Positions 51,128-64,000 of a stretch of 64,000 nucleotides of DNA are shown here, piece by piece. The position numbers and the translations under genes are program-made. This stretch comes from Octopus sinensis (Eukaryota), in NCBI RefSeq assembly GCF_006345805.1, contig NC_043012.1:7750001-7814000 (forward strand). Reading direction: 5' to 3'. The notes beneath the pieces were generated by a model. It ran no database searches and was not told the DNA's origin. It saw only the letters and a list, made by a program, of their open reading frames with translations. Numbering within the stretch: position 1 is the stretch's first letter; each line of letters opens with the position of its first letter.

Positions 51128-52408
51128 CTCCCCTTACTACCAATCACATCAACATCAGTCTCAGCATCACATATTATCATCATCATTATCATTTTCATCA
51201 TCTTCGTGGCCATGCTGTTGTTCCACATTCCACTCCTTTTGTAAATAGAAATATAGAAATATTTGAATCTGAAAATGGTTTCACTTGATTTCCTACTCTA
51301 AAATAATGGATTTTGTTCCCCCTCTGGATCCCCCCCTCCTCTCTCTCACTTTTTCTCCCCTCCTTCTCCCCCCCTCTCTGTTCCATCCTCAGAAATCTGT
51401 GCATTTACAACACTGTGTCTCCTTGGTTCAATGTACAATGTGGATCTGTGGTAAGAGGCTTACTCCCCAACCACATGGTTCCGGGTTCAGTCCCATTGTG
51501 TGACAGCTTGGGCAGGCAGGTGTCATCTACTATAGCCTCGGGTCTACTAAAGCCTTGTGAATGGATTTGGTTGACGAAAACAGAAAGAAGTCCATCATGT
51601 GTGTGTGTGTGTGTGTTAGTCCCCCACTACCACTTGACAACCAGTGTTTGTGCATTTACATCCCTATAACTTAGCAGTTTGGCAAACAAGACTAACAGAA
51701 TAAGTACCAAGCTTTAAAAAAGTATAAATACTGGGGTTGATTCATTCAACTAAAAATTCTTCAAGGCAGTACTCCAGCATGGCCATAGTGAAACAAATAA
51801 AAGATAAAAGCTTACTATATATATACTCTGTGGCTATTTTACATCGTTTATGTGGCACTCCTGTTATGAACTAACATTAAATTGTCAGAAATGGCCAGAT
51901 TTTGCTATTATTCAATTACAAAGAGAATTGCTTTGAAAGCATTCGTTGTAGAACTGAACATAAAGCTACTTTTAGATGCTTAAGAAAAGTGTCCTGTCTT
52001 ACTGTGATTTATAGCAAATTGCCTCTCATTCAGGGTAATTGCAATGATGTTTACAATTACAGATGTAAAAGTTGAAGGTTTTAGAATAATGATGAAAGAC
52101 TCTACATAAATTATCATCATCATCTGTCAGTCTGCCCTATGATCCCAGCAGACAAAATGGAAAAGGTATTGCCCCCAGAGGATGGTGAGGGAGATGTGCT
52201 GGAACTGCCACTCTGACTCTGCCCCCACCCCTACACTTGCAGGTAGCCATCTCCACCCCCACCTCCCCTCAATAGCAGTGAGCAGGGATGTGGTTCAAGG
52301 GTCAAGAACACCAGGCCTCCAATACCACACGCTCAGCCATAAACCTGTCAGAGAGCAACTGTTGTTTAATTATATATATATATATATATTATATATATAT
52401 ATATATAT

Positions 52409-52800
52409 AGGCGCAGGAGTGGCTGTGTGGTAAGTAGCTTGTTTACCAACCACATGGTTCCGGGTTCAGTCCCACTGCATGGCACCTTGGGCAAATGTCT
52501 TCTACTATAGCCTCGGGCCGACCAAAGCCTTTTGAGTGGATTTGGTAGACGGAAACTGAAAGAAGCCCATCGTATATATATATATATATATATGCGTGTT
52601 TGTGTGTCTGTGTTTGTCCCCCCAACATCGCTTGGCAACCGATGCTGGTGTGTTTATGTCCCCGTTACTTAGCGGTTCGGCAAAAGAGACCGATAGAATA
52701 AGTACTGGGCTTACAAAAGAATAAGTCCCGGGGTCGAGTTGCTCGATTAAAGGCGGTGCTCCAGCATGGCCACAGTCAAATGACTGAAACAAGTAAAAGA
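52409..52800 (+). mobile_element. SINE family A
   Basis: Near-identical to the other family A copies. Confidence 0.9.
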
Positions 52801-52801
52801 G

Positions 52802-52832
<31 letters not shown>

Positions 52833-52965
52833 ACATATAACAAGTTTCCAGCTACCAAATCCACTCACAAGACTTTGGTCTGCCCAAAGCTGTAGTAGAA
52901 GACATTTGCCCAGTGTGCCACGCAATGGGACTGAACCCAGAACCATGTAATTGGGAAGTTTGCTA

Positions 52966-53329
52966 TCTCTCTATATATAAATGGCAAAATGTCTGCATGC
53001 GTGTCCTTTATACAAATCCACAATTTTTCAGTTAGAGGGCTCGCACTTTCTGTGGTCACTCAAAACCGTCCAAGGGTGGTCGTGCACATCTTTACATTTC
53101 CCCAGTCATCCCGCAAAGCCATTAAAAAATCAATAGAAGTGACTTTTTGGTGAATTTTCTATCCGAAACTCAATCAAAATGCCTGAAACTTGATTCACCA
53201 ATTGAATGCCAGCTAGCTGTATGTGATTGGTCGGAGATTTGGACAGTACCCGCGTGTATATGCGCACATACACAGCTGTAGATGCATGCACTAGCATTAT
53301 GACCCAGCGTTGCCAGGTCATAGTGCTAG
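52966..53329 (+). mobile_element. Non-autonomous Helitron
   Basis: A|TC start (atctctctatatataaatgg), 3' palindrome and CTAG|T end. Confidence 0.75.
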
Positions 53330-55074
53330 TCTTAAATAAAATTTTATTTAAAATCCTAACAATAAAAGATATTCCCCACCATTAGACTGACCTTATTGTA
53401 GGAGTGCATGGAAGGAGATGTATTCTGACTGCAATTTTTTCTTTATAGTGGAAAAGAGCCCATGCTGGAACACTTACCCTGTCTACCATGTCCACTCACA
53501 AAACTTTAGTCTACCCAGAGCTATAGAAGAAGTTGCCCAATATGTCATGCGGTGGGACTGAACCCAGGACCATGTGGTTGGGAAGCAAACTTCTTACCAC
53601 ACAGCTACAAAAGTAATAGTATTATAAACTGCAATGTTAGCCACAACGATAATAATAGACTTCAAAATGTAAGTAAGTAAATAAGCAAAACTGGATATGT
53701 ATCCCCAGTGTTTATAGTATTGGCTTATTGACGGATATATTAGTATGTTTGAGGCAAATAGTCATCCAAATCAAACGAGTACCTGGGACTAAATTATTCT
53801 GAGCCAGAATTCCCTGTACTAACATTAAAAATGTGGGGTGGGGTCTTGAAAAAAGTGAGTTAAAGAAAGAGGTGATTGTTAAAATAAAAAATGTCTGAGA
53901 GGCACTGGTCTGGGGTGGTATTTATCAATGGGCCGATCCATAAATCTTTGAAAATAAGCAACACCTTTAGCAGTACCAAACAGATGTGAACAGAATTACC
54001 AAAGTCTTCCATTAACCTTAAAAACCAATATAAAGATATTCTATATTTATGTTTGATCATCAGATACCAAGTTATTTTTAGGTCTATGGTAGAAATGACA
54101 CAGCATGTGGCTGTGTTGTTTATAATTTATCAATCCTTGGCTTTGGGTAGGCATCATGTGAAGTATACAGATTAACAGTTTAGCTGTAATCCATAACTGA
54201 TTACCTTTAACTATGGTGTGGGTGCCATGTAAAAAGCACCCAGTGTACTCTCTAAAGTTTTTGACATAAGGAAAGGCATTCAGCTGTAGAAACTATGTCA
54301 AAACAAATGATGGAGCCTGGTGCTGTTCCTGACCTTACCATCCAACCCATGGCAGCATAGAAAATGGACATTAAATGATGATGATGATGATGCACGAGTG
54401 AATGCCATGAGGAGGAGGATTTATTTTGATTTCTTATAAACAAATTGTTTCTGTTTCTAGAACCTTTGACTTTACGTATCAAATACTTTGGCATTGAAGC
54501 TAATGAATTCAGTGGCAGAGAGACAGAATTTAGAAATGTTGCAGTTCTTCATTTGGAACAATTGGAATTCAGTAAAGATGTGCCAAGTTATGAAATCCCA
54601 ACTGATATTAACAGATTCTTCACAGTTGGTGAACCATTCACTATATTTGTTCCTGAAGCAGTTGTCAAACCACAATCGTCATTATCAGAATCTAGAATAT
54701 CATTCAAAGCTTGAGGGGCTGATCCTTCATTCTGTTCACAATCATTCATGTTTGTGTCATTCATTTAATCTGTATTAGCTGGTTGTATCCTTGTTAAAGC
54801 ATAAATATAGCTTTTTATGGTTCATCATTTCTTCTGTATCAATACCAGACTGCAGTTGCTCAATGTTATTGGCTTCCTTTTTTTGTTTGCCCATCGAAGC
54901 AGATGGACAAAGAAATCTTCCAATATAAAGGAATGTCTGATAATTCAAAAACATGAAACTCAAAGACTCAAATCTGCATTAAGAGAACTTGGTGAATATT
55001 CTTGAAACTGTCCTATCAGCAATTCCATATGATTGTTGATAACACGAAGCATTTTTATAGATACACCTCTAATC

Positions 55075-55537
55075 TTATTTCTTTATTGCCTACAAGGGGC
55101 TAAACATAGAGGGGATAAACAAAGACAGACAAAGGGATTAAGTCGATTACATTGACCCCAGTGCGTACTGGTACTTAATTTATTGACCCCGAAAGGATGA
55201 AAGGCAAAGTCGACCTTGGCGGAATTTGAACTCAGAACGTAACAGCAGACGAAATACTGCTAAGCATTTCACCCAGTGTGCTAATGTTTCTGCGAGCTTG
55301 CCACCTTTAAATACACCTATTTCTTTACTACCCACAAGGGGCTAAACACAGAGGAGACAAACAAGGACAGACAAACGGATTAAGTCGATTATTTCGACCC
55401 CAGTGCATAACTGGTACTTAATTTATCGACCCCGAAAGGATGAAAAGCAAAGTCGACCTCGGTAGAATTTGAACTCAGAACGTAACGACAGATGAAATAC
55501 CGCTAAGCATTTCTAACGTTTCTGCCAGCTCGCCACC
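55075..55537 (-). mobile_element. Two tandem SINE family B copies (B1 55075-55305, B2 55319-55537) inside the Gypsy integrase
   Basis: Outer TSD ATA(C/T)ACCTCTAAT at 55061-55073 and 55543-55555. Confidence 0.9.
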
Positions 55538-55719
55538 TTTAAATATACCTCTAATATTATCAAACAAAGTCTGCAAGTCATCATCAAGAAATTCACAGAC
55601 CTTGTCAGATACCAATGTTTGTGAAACACCATTTCCAGAGAAGACAGTTCTTAATAATTACTTTACTATTTCTACTTCTTATTCCCTTCCACTGCATGTT
55701 ACCATTTCAATAGGAAGTA

Positions 55720-56121
55720 TCCTCTGTGTGAAAAGTCTGGCTGCATACACGTTAGCATATGTCAGGTGCATACAATTGACAACACAGTTAATTAAGATTT
55801 ATTCAGCGAGTTCTATTCAACACGTGTTTACACATGGAATTAGCAGAATCATTATTAACTTTAGATGGCTCGAGAGCGAGGTGAGCAAATTAGATGAACT
55901 GAAAAACCCTATAACGAGGCATGAATTGCACAAAGCTGTCTTGCAGTCTTGGGAAGAGCTATCTGAGCAGAAAATTCATGGATGTATTCAACATCAAACA
56001 CATGTTCAGCGTCAAATAGTTGACTGTCGTGGTGGTAACAGATTCGTGTAATAAATTTTGTGTTTATTTTTGTTTCATAATATATATTTTTTCGGATGCA
56101 GCCAGACTTTTCACACAGAGG
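55720..56121 (+). mobile_element. Tc1-family internal-deletion derivative
   Basis: Perfect 26-bp terminal inverted repeats CCTCTGTGTGAAAAGTCTGGCTGCAT (55721-55746 and 56096-56121) with TA flanks. Retains the transposase C-terminus WLESEVSKLDELKNPITRHELHKAVLQSWEELSEQKIHGCI…RQIVDCRGG. Confidence 0.88.
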
Positions 56122-56351
56122 TAGATTAGATATCCAGATCTTGTCTTTTGTCTGACCATTTGAGTAGCAGATAAACTGATGTTTATTAACTCATTCATTT
56201 GTATTAAAACTAGCCAAATCGGGAACTTTGTTAAGTTCAATATAACCATCTGCTATTGGATACAAGTACTGGTGCATCCTCCAACATGCAGAAATACTTT
56301 GTTTTGGCAGTAACATTTTTTGACCATCTCTTATGATATAACTTCTTTTAT

Positions 56352-56873
56352 CAAATCAAAATCAAAATCATTTTGATGACTGGCATCCGTGCTAGCGAGG
56401 TGCAAAGAGCACCATACGAGTGTGATCGTTGACAGAGAGGCTATTCGAGTATGATCGTTACCAGCGTCGCCTTACTGGCACTTATGCCTGTTCTAGTAGG
56501 GTGCCAAGAACACCATCCGATTGTGATCATTGCCAGAGCAGCCAACTGGCTTCCATACCCATGGCACGTAAAAGGGCACCATTCGAGCGTGATCATTACC
56601 AATGTCGCTTTACTGGCACCTGTGTTGGTGGCACATGTAAAAAGATTCGAGCGAGGTCATTGCCAGTACCGCCTGACTGGCCCCCGTGCAGGTGGCACGT
56701 AAAAAGCACCCACTACACTCTCAGAGTGGTTGGTGTTAGAAAGGGCATCCAGCTGTAGAAACTCTGCCAGATCAAGACTGGAGCCTGGTGCAGCCATCTG
56801 GTTGCCAGCCCTCAGTCAAAACCGTCCAACCCATGCTAGCATGGAAAACGGATGTTAAACGATGATGATGATG
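56352..56873 (+). mobile_element. Non-LTR retroposon 3' segment ending in (GAT)n, with internal degenerate subrepeats (possibly RTE-related)
   Basis: Recurrent CGAG(T/C)GTGATC(G/A)TT(G/A)CCAG blocks. Tail GGCATCCAGCTGTAGAAAC…CCCATGCTAGCATGGAAAACGGATGTTAAACGATGATGATG, shared with older copies near 20085-20320, 54200-54395, 57995-58190 and 61330-61580. Confidence 0.6.
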
Positions 56874-59027
56874 AACCCTTTTATTCACATTGTACTCGTA
56901 CCTATCAGCTATCATTCACACAGTTTCCAATCTCTTTAATGAGAATATCTCTTTAGCTGATCTCTCATAATACATTTTAGCCTAACCCTAACTTTCTGCT
57001 GTTGTCTGTGCCCTCAGATAAACCAAAGTTCAACTGGGGATTACTGGCAAGCAGTTGTGATTCTTCTACTAAACTCCAGGAAAGGGTATATGTTCCAACC
57101 AAGATATTTAGAGTCTAAAGAGTCAAGATTTGGTCCATCTGCTTTAATTAGCAGTGATTTCAAAATTACAATAGCTTTCTCTGTCATACAGTTATATTGT
57201 GGGTTTGTGGAGCTGGGAGTTCTGGACTCAAAGTGCCAGAATTCAAGAATTCTTCAACCAACCAACTCCAAAATTATACTCTCTTGTCTATCATCCATGT
57301 CTCAGGAGTGCCATTTCTCATAAATTTATGGTTTTAAACTTTGGGATCTTTTTGTGTCTGACAGTTTATTATATTCACTAAATCCATTGTTGAAGTCAGC
57401 AGGAATGAGCAGCCAAGAGTTATTGTACTACAATAAATCTATCCCAAAAAGTTGACCTTGTTAACTGATAGTAATTCAATTGTCTTTCTTTTTCCCCTTT
57501 CTCCTTCCGTAGGAGGCTTGCCACTGTTTAAGATTTCCGCAAACAATGCATCCATTTTCTGTGGATAATTATATCGTTTGTTTTTTCTTTCTTTTTTTAT
57601 ATTTTTTCGGTGAAGTACTTCTTGTAGACTTCCATACTTTCTCAAAATGGTCTGCGTTGCTACATTTATAGCAAGACCAAACCAAACCAAATCACAAATT
57701 TATGACTGACATCAAACATTTTTACATAGTTATGGCTCTCTGCCAGTTTTGTTTAAAATGTTTGTGAGTGCCAACATAGTGAACAATATGTGGAGTGTTT
57801 GCCAGTACTTAACTCTCACCTGACTTCCTCAACTCTTCACACAATGGCAACATTTTAAGCAGGTCAAGGGGATTGGCTTACTTCAGTTTATAGATTGATG
57901 TCATCTTGATCAGCAACCATTGGATGCAAAACCAATCTGTCATCCAAACAGCAGAACTCCTAAATACAGACTTGTTTTGTCAGTTCCATTAGATCACTGT
58001 CATCATTTAACGTCCGTTTTCCAAGCTGGTATGGGTTGGACAGCTTGATAGGTGCTGGCAAGATCAGAGGCCTCACTGGGTTCCATAGTTTTTTTTTTGG
58101 CCTGGTTTCTATGGCAGGGTGCTCTTCCTGATGCCAACCACTTTACTGAATGCATTGGATATTTCTTGCATCGCCATCACCAGTGCTTAAATATTTCTAA
58201 CATTTTTTTGGTGGTAAAAAGTTTAATTCTAGGTGCACCGTCCACTTATAGGTTTTAACTATGGACTTTCACCGATGTGTGTAATTGATAAACATAGCTA
58301 TACATCATTCACTTGAGTAGTAGTGGTAGTAGTAGTAGTAATGTAGTTTTGAGGTCTTCAAGGGATTCTTCCTTTTCAGCAGGGCCCCAGAAACTGTAAA
58401 ATCTCCTTTGATCAGACACCACTCATCAGGTACGTTAAAAGCAAATATAGTCTTAAAATCTCAGAATTAATATTCAGCCATTTGATAAAAAGTTTTAGGA
58501 CTATAAATTCACTCAGTTACTTATTGAAAACAACTCCCTGTCAACAAAATAGGAGCGGCAAAGCCCCACAAGATACGTAACATACTTTTATATGGTTGAT
58601 ATTCCAGTCATCTAACCCCATGTTTATAACTCGGCATTGCCATCCACAAACATTATCCAGCAACATAAACGTGTTCTCTAAAATGATGACAGCAAACAAA
58701 TGGAGCAGAGGAGCACAATTACTGGGTCAGAGCTGATATTTTGGGATGCAGTTTTGGTGTATTTCTCTGTCACAACATATGAATGAGAAAGGAAGGGGTG
58801 AGGGCAAACCTGGTAGTAGGATGGTGAACATTCAATGCTGAAAAGAAAAATCAAACAGCGTTTCAACTCTATGTAAGTGTATGTGTGTACATGTACAAGA
58901 GAAGTGTGTGTGAACCATCGTTCTTTCAGTAACAAACGATGATTGATGTCACATCTCAAAAGACAACCACTAGATAACATTGACAAGTGTATTAATTTGA
59001 TTTACCATCCATATTTATATATAAAAT

Positions 59028-59311
59028 GTGGAGGCACAATGGCCCAGTGGTTAGGGCAGCGGACTCGCGGTTTCGATTCCCAGACCGGGCGTTGTGAGTT
59101 TATTGAGCGAAAACACCTAAAGCTCCACAAGGCTCCGGCAGGGTGTGCTGTCTATCCCTGCTGTACTCTTTCACCACAACTTTCTCTCACTTTCTTCTGT
59201 TGGCCTGCCCACTTAGCCAGCGGGGTGGCGTCATTTGAAGGCTAAAACAATGCGAATCGCATTGTGACCAGCGATGTGTAGCAACATCTGATAGCCTGGT
59301 CGGTCACGGTG
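59028..59311 (+). mobile_element. SINE with family C head and an alternative 3' tail
   Basis: 15-bp TSD ATTTATATATAAAAT at 59013-59027 and 59312-59326. Confidence 0.88.
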
Positions 59312-59794
59312 ATTTATATATAAAATACAATTAGCTGTCATTTTTGACAGCACAGGCCCAGCTAGTAATCATATTTTCTGTGGACAGGCGCTTTTTCTCA
59401 CTAGGCTACTGTTGTCCATATTTTCAAATCTGGATATTGTACAACTTTTAGCCTATTATTAAGATGAACATAATTCTCAATATAACATTTTAATCAATTT
59501 GAAACGATGCGTAAATTGTCAGCAGCCTTTAAGCTTCTGCGGTGCCAAAACATGTAAGGGAGATAACTGCTTCTATTCCTTCGCGTGTGACTTGGATACA
59601 TTTTAAGATTATTTTCATTGGTAAATTCATCTTTGGCTCATTAAAACCCTAACTCATCATTTGTACCAACAATAACAACTTGAATAAATTTATAAAGATT
59701 GCACCTGCCTCCCAGCAGTTTAGTAAACTGCATGTGGTCTTTTGCCAATTTGATTAAATAATAGACCAACTTTGCAGTAACATTTTATGTTTAA

Positions 59795-60015
59795 CCCTTG
59801 CATTACCAACCCGGCTGAAACCGGCTCTAGCTCTGTCGTACAAATGTCTTGTTTTCATAAGTTTTGAATTAAAATCTTCCACCAAATTTTAGTCACAATT
59901 TACGTTCCTAACACTAACTGAATGATAACTAAGTTATTTTACTAAGTTCTTTGTTATATTTAAAGTAATTGAAAGGAACACAGAACATCTCAAAATAAAT
60001 ACAGTAACAAAAGAG
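59795..60015 (+). mobile_element. piggyBac-like MITE, family P1
   Basis: TTAA flanks at 59791-59794 and 60016-60019. Homologous to 29849-30069. Confidence 0.85.
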
Positions 60016-62501
60016 TTAAGGGATATCGGTATATCATAGACCAGATCATGTCTTTAACAAAGAATTGAGTAAATGTGAAACTCAAAACAGTTGAATTTGA
60101 AAGAAATCTATTCCGTTTTGTTTCATCAGATCTCCAAGTAGCAACCAAAACATAAACTTGCCATGGTGAATTAATTATTTGGGCCGATGCATACTTCTCT
60201 TAAAGGTTTTGAAATTTCAGGGTCTGTAAATTCTTCACCTTCTTCTCTCTACTGATGAGGTCTATTAAAACAGATTTGTTGCTGGAAATGAGAATTTGGA
60301 AAAGTTTGGCAGATTTCCTGGTCATTTGTAGTTGAATTAAGATCGTTCATTAAGAACAGTTCTGATCCTTAAGTAACTATAATTTCTTTATGAAATTTCA
60401 AAAAAAAAGTTTATCAAGTCTGAAAAGTTGTGCAGAAACTGTACCACGGAATGGTACCTGTTTTTGGATCAATTTCTATGTTAAATTAATTAGTTAATTT
60501 TTGACAGATAAAGTGTTAAAAAAAAAGCCAGTATTTATTTTCATTGGTACAAGGAATCAGTTACACACCATACAGAAGTAACCAGAGATGTATTAAATGA
60601 TGGGTCAGATGTGATGTGGCTACCAGACAAAAGTAGCCTGGTGTCCTGCCTCTTTGTGCATTCAACAAACAGCAGTTTTAGGTGGACATGAAATACAAGG
60701 CAGGTTGGGGCTTCAACTTTTCACTAAAAAACATTCTCCAAATTTTAACTTTTACGGTGGAAGATTGTTCAAATTTTACACCTTAAATTTTCATCATTGG
60801 TATCAGAAGGTTTCACAGAAGCAAGAGAGATTTAATACAGATCTACTTTAGACTGAACTTGTTCCAAAGACCCAGTCGATCGGATGGCAGCATTCAACAT
60901 TCAGGTTTGATTCCCTTAATACTACATCTTTTAGATATTCTGTGATCGAGTCTTTAACATATTGCTGTGTACTGTGTATAGCTCTAGGACACTGCACACA
61001 ACTTTTTAATATTACAATATATTCGAGAACGGTGACTGAGCAGAATCCTTGGCATGCTGGGTAAAATGGTTAGTGGAATTTCATCTGTATTTATGTTCTG
61101 AGTTCAAATTTCACTGAAATTGACTTTGCCTTTCATCCTTTCGGGATCAACAAAATAAGTACCAGTTGAGCACAAGGGTCGAAGTAATTGACTATATCCT
61201 GCTACCCACCCTGAAATTGTTGGCCTTTTACCAAAATTTGAAACCATTATTACAGTGTATTCTGCAGACACATTTTTGCAAGAAAATCCACTATTTAGAC
61301 CAAATCCTCCACAGCAGAAGCATTAAGGCTGCATTTCCTGGTGAAATGGATCAGCCCACTAGAGTCCTGTACCAGTGCCACATAAGAAGCACTCGTGCTG
61401 GTGCCATGTAATAGTACTCATGCCAGTGGTTTGTTAAAAGCACCCAGCACACACTAAAGTGGTTGGCATTAGGAAGGGCATTCAGCCGTAGAAACCATGT
61501 CAAATCAGATTGGAACCTAGTGCAGATTGTCAGACTGCCCAACCCATGCCAGCATGGATAATGGATAATGATGATGATGGTTTAATATATCTGCAATATA
61601 CAGAAATTTTCAAATGATGTCAAGTGTCTTAGAGTGACCCACTGTTGACCAACTATATAGTAGTACTTAAAAAATGTCCAGTGCCTACAAAATAGAGTGT
61701 TTCTCTAGAACCTCCCAAGGATACTGTACATCTTGATATAACTATATTCTTTGGACACTGAACAGCTTGCCAGGATCTCATCCAAGGACACTGTCATTAT
61801 CATCATCATCATCATCATCATTTATCAACTGTCTTTGATACTGGCAGGGGCTGGATTATTTGACAGGGTATGATCAGCCACAGAATTGCATCAAACTCTA
61901 ATACCTGCTGTAAAACGGTTTCTATAGCTGGATGCCCTTCCTAATGCCAACCATTTTACAGAGCGTACTGGATGCTTTTTTTCTTGGTACCAGCATTAGT
62001 GAAGTCACCAAATAAGTTGCAAGACAAGACCCTACTCATTTGAGGAAGGTGGCTTTATACCAGGTGCTGAGAGATCAAAGTATGATAGAGGGTGAGAGAG
62101 AGACAGGAACGGGTCTTTTGATGTAGAGAGGGTACATGGCTAATCCAGCTGGAAAAAAAGAGAGAAGAACTGGTAGTGATAAAGTTACAGGGCCCTCCAA
62201 GTAAGAGAACATGAATGTAGGCCACAAGCCTTTCAGCTAAAAAACAATACATTTTCTTCATCTCAAATAAATTGTTATATAGACAAAATAATATTTCAAA
62301 TGCAGTACAACTGTGAAAACAGCAGAAGGATTGGATATTTTACCCTTATAAAATGCAAAAGGTTGTCATCAGTCCCATGGCTGTCTGCTGACAACTTTTC
62401 CAATCATGCTGCATTCAAAATATTATTTCCTTGTCTGTAAAATATGAAACACTTTCGATACTTCCAAAAGTTCATTTGTATAATGTTGTTAAATTGTTAT
62501 A

Positions 62502-62805
62502 TCTTTATATATAAAAGAGAGGTTGTGTGCTATCTGTCTCCTACAATTTAGATTCCTAACTACTCCCACATTTTGCGGTGCAGTTTAACTAAAACCGGGT
62601 ATCTTATAGTCGTGATTCATATCGAGCCCTTCTGGGTATTAGCGCACGTCTACGATGAGTCTACGATTTAAAAAAAAATTTACCATAATTTTTTTTCCCA
62701 TTTTCAATGCATTTTTTTGCTATTATATAAGGGAAGTAACTATCTAAAAATGCTTATATAGTTATTTCCCTTACAAATCCGAGCAACGCCGGGCGATACT
62801 GCTAG
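62502..62805 (+). mobile_element. Non-autonomous Helitron
   Basis: A|TC start, hairpin CCGAGCAACGCCGG, CTAG|T end. Confidence 0.88.
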
Positions 62806-63571
62806 TCTATAATAATACATTAAAAGTGAGCTTGAATTTTGCTTGCTTGCAATGTTACCCAGCCAAACTGATGCATAATGGGAAAATACTTTGCATTGAG
62901 TTTCCCCTGAAATGTGAATATGTACGGAATAAAACAGGTTTCGTGTAAATTGGACAAGTAGTTGTTGAGATACTGGGAAAATATTCCGAAAATAACTTAA
63001 CCCTGAAGGGGAAGAAACTCTTACCTTTCGATTAGAAACAGTGATGACTTGACAATGAAAAAATACGATTTGTTTTCACAGTAAATGTTTCTGTTTTTGC
63101 TTTTGTTAAACACAATAATTTAATCATTTAGAAATATTTTTAAGTGAATGTGATTTATATTTACATTTTAGACTTCTTTAAACAAACAATATTTTTATGT
63201 TTTTTTAAATTATTTTCACATGAATACCATTACAAAAAAATTTTGGGGGCATATTTAAAAAATATTTTAAAGTGAAAATGACTTTAAAAATACAATAACT
63301 GCTTTGTAAAAGACCTGTTTCTAACCTCAGTATGAAATAATTTTTTTCCATAGGAGGTCTTTTTTCGAGTGCATTCAACATATCTCACCGCCAAAGATTT
63401 GGCTGCTTTTTCTAGCACACCCTGCTACCACATAACAGCTTTTTGCAATAAAGGACCAAAAATACATGTTACGTGGTAGCTGGGCATGCAAGAAATAGCA
63501 ACTAAATCTTTCCTTTTCTGGGGAAAAGAGCTGTTTACATATGATGACCCAGAGCGTCACGGGTCATCTAG
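62806..63571 (+). mobile_element. Second Helitron immediately in tandem
   Basis: Starts TCTATAATAAT. Ends with hairpin GATGACCC-agagcgtcac-GGGTCATC and CTAG|T (63568-63572). Confidence 0.65.
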
Positions 63572-63884
63572 TATAATTTTAAACTTAAATATTTTAACAT
63601 AAAATTTCTTTTTTATAGGGTTAGAAAGGAAAAAAAAACAAATCGACTACAAAGAAAATAAAAACGCAGCAAAACACAATGGAATATCAGATGTTTGTTT
63701 TGTCATGATATGTCACGCTGTCACTAAGACTTGTGCTGACAAAGAACAGAATTCCTAACAGTGATTTCATTGTACTCTGCACCAATGTCCTTATTCATCT
63801 CCATTGTCATGGGGGAAAATTGTTTGAGGTCAGATGTGTATTCGGTAGATACTGGACATTTTTTTTTTAGATATTAACTGTGGA

Positions 63885-63886
<2 letters not shown>

Positions 63887-63949
<63 letters not shown>
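63887..63949 (+). repeat. (CT)n microsatellite followed by (TA)n
   Basis: Read directly from the sequence. Confidence 0.97.
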
Positions 63950-63955
<6 letters not shown>

Positions 63956-64000
63956 ATATATATATAGATATATATATATATATATATGTGTGTGTGATAT

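Larger units (their letters stand above)
54450..61000 (-). mobile_element. Heavily decayed Ty3/Gypsy LTR retrotransposon (gag-pol remnant) with many later insertions
   Basis: Minus-strand motifs in Gypsy order: gag knuckle-like CPPKTAVC*MHKEAGH (60620-60697); RT start-like YVHLNNRL..QYP (about 59430-59480); connection-like FWGPAEKEESLEDLKTTL (about 58345-58400); integrase core LRTVFSGNGVSQTLVSD..EF (55601-55654); post-core LNYQTFLYIGRFLCPSASMGKQ/RKPITLS (about 54870-54950). Boundaries are approximate and I found no LTRs. Confidence 0.65.

Noticed and set aside
54445-54714. Plus-strand 89-aa ORF with a plausible acceptor at 54460
   Set aside because: It is better explained as the antisense frame of the Gypsy pol 3' region. 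No upstream partner exon was found.
55602-56051. 149-aa ORF as a gene
   Set aside because: It is a chance fusion of antisense Gypsy sequence with the Tc1 derivative's transposase C-terminus.
56880-57420. Gypsy RNase H domain
   Set aside because: The position fits, but the motifs are too decayed for me to support.

Overview
AT-rich, microsatellite-dense eukaryotic DNA. Its repeats are recognisably those of an octopus genome: tRNA-derived SINEs of the OK/OR type, mariners, TTAA MITEs and Helitrons (assignment by recognition, not database search). The only host coding sequence I can support is the last exon of DET1 (+, 45790-45988), which is missing from the ORF track because it has no ATG. I found no upstream DET1 exon, so positions 1-45789 are probably one intron of more than 45 kb. 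The rest is nested transposon material: many SINE copies with target-site duplications (TSDs), a young CR1 3' fragment, one near-full-length and one truncated mariner, a Tc1 deletion derivative, piggyBac-, hAT- and pogo-type MITEs, a Helentron-type (HINE) element, several Helitrons, and a heavily decayed Ty3/Gypsy element (-, about 54.4-61.0 kb) that can be pieced back together across later insertions. Nearly all listed ORFs are repeat or microsatellite artefacts. I see no clearly novel multi-gene system. The best leads are: a 21-unit 15-bp repeat whose variation is mostly synonymous in a (Leu-Pro-Pro-His-Pro)n frame; a phase-compatible cryptic DET1 exon; two independent SINE insertions at the same MITE site; a 54-bp TG..CA micro-element; modular SINE 3' tails; and an apparently inverted Helitron terminal hairpin. 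All alignments and counts were done by eye.
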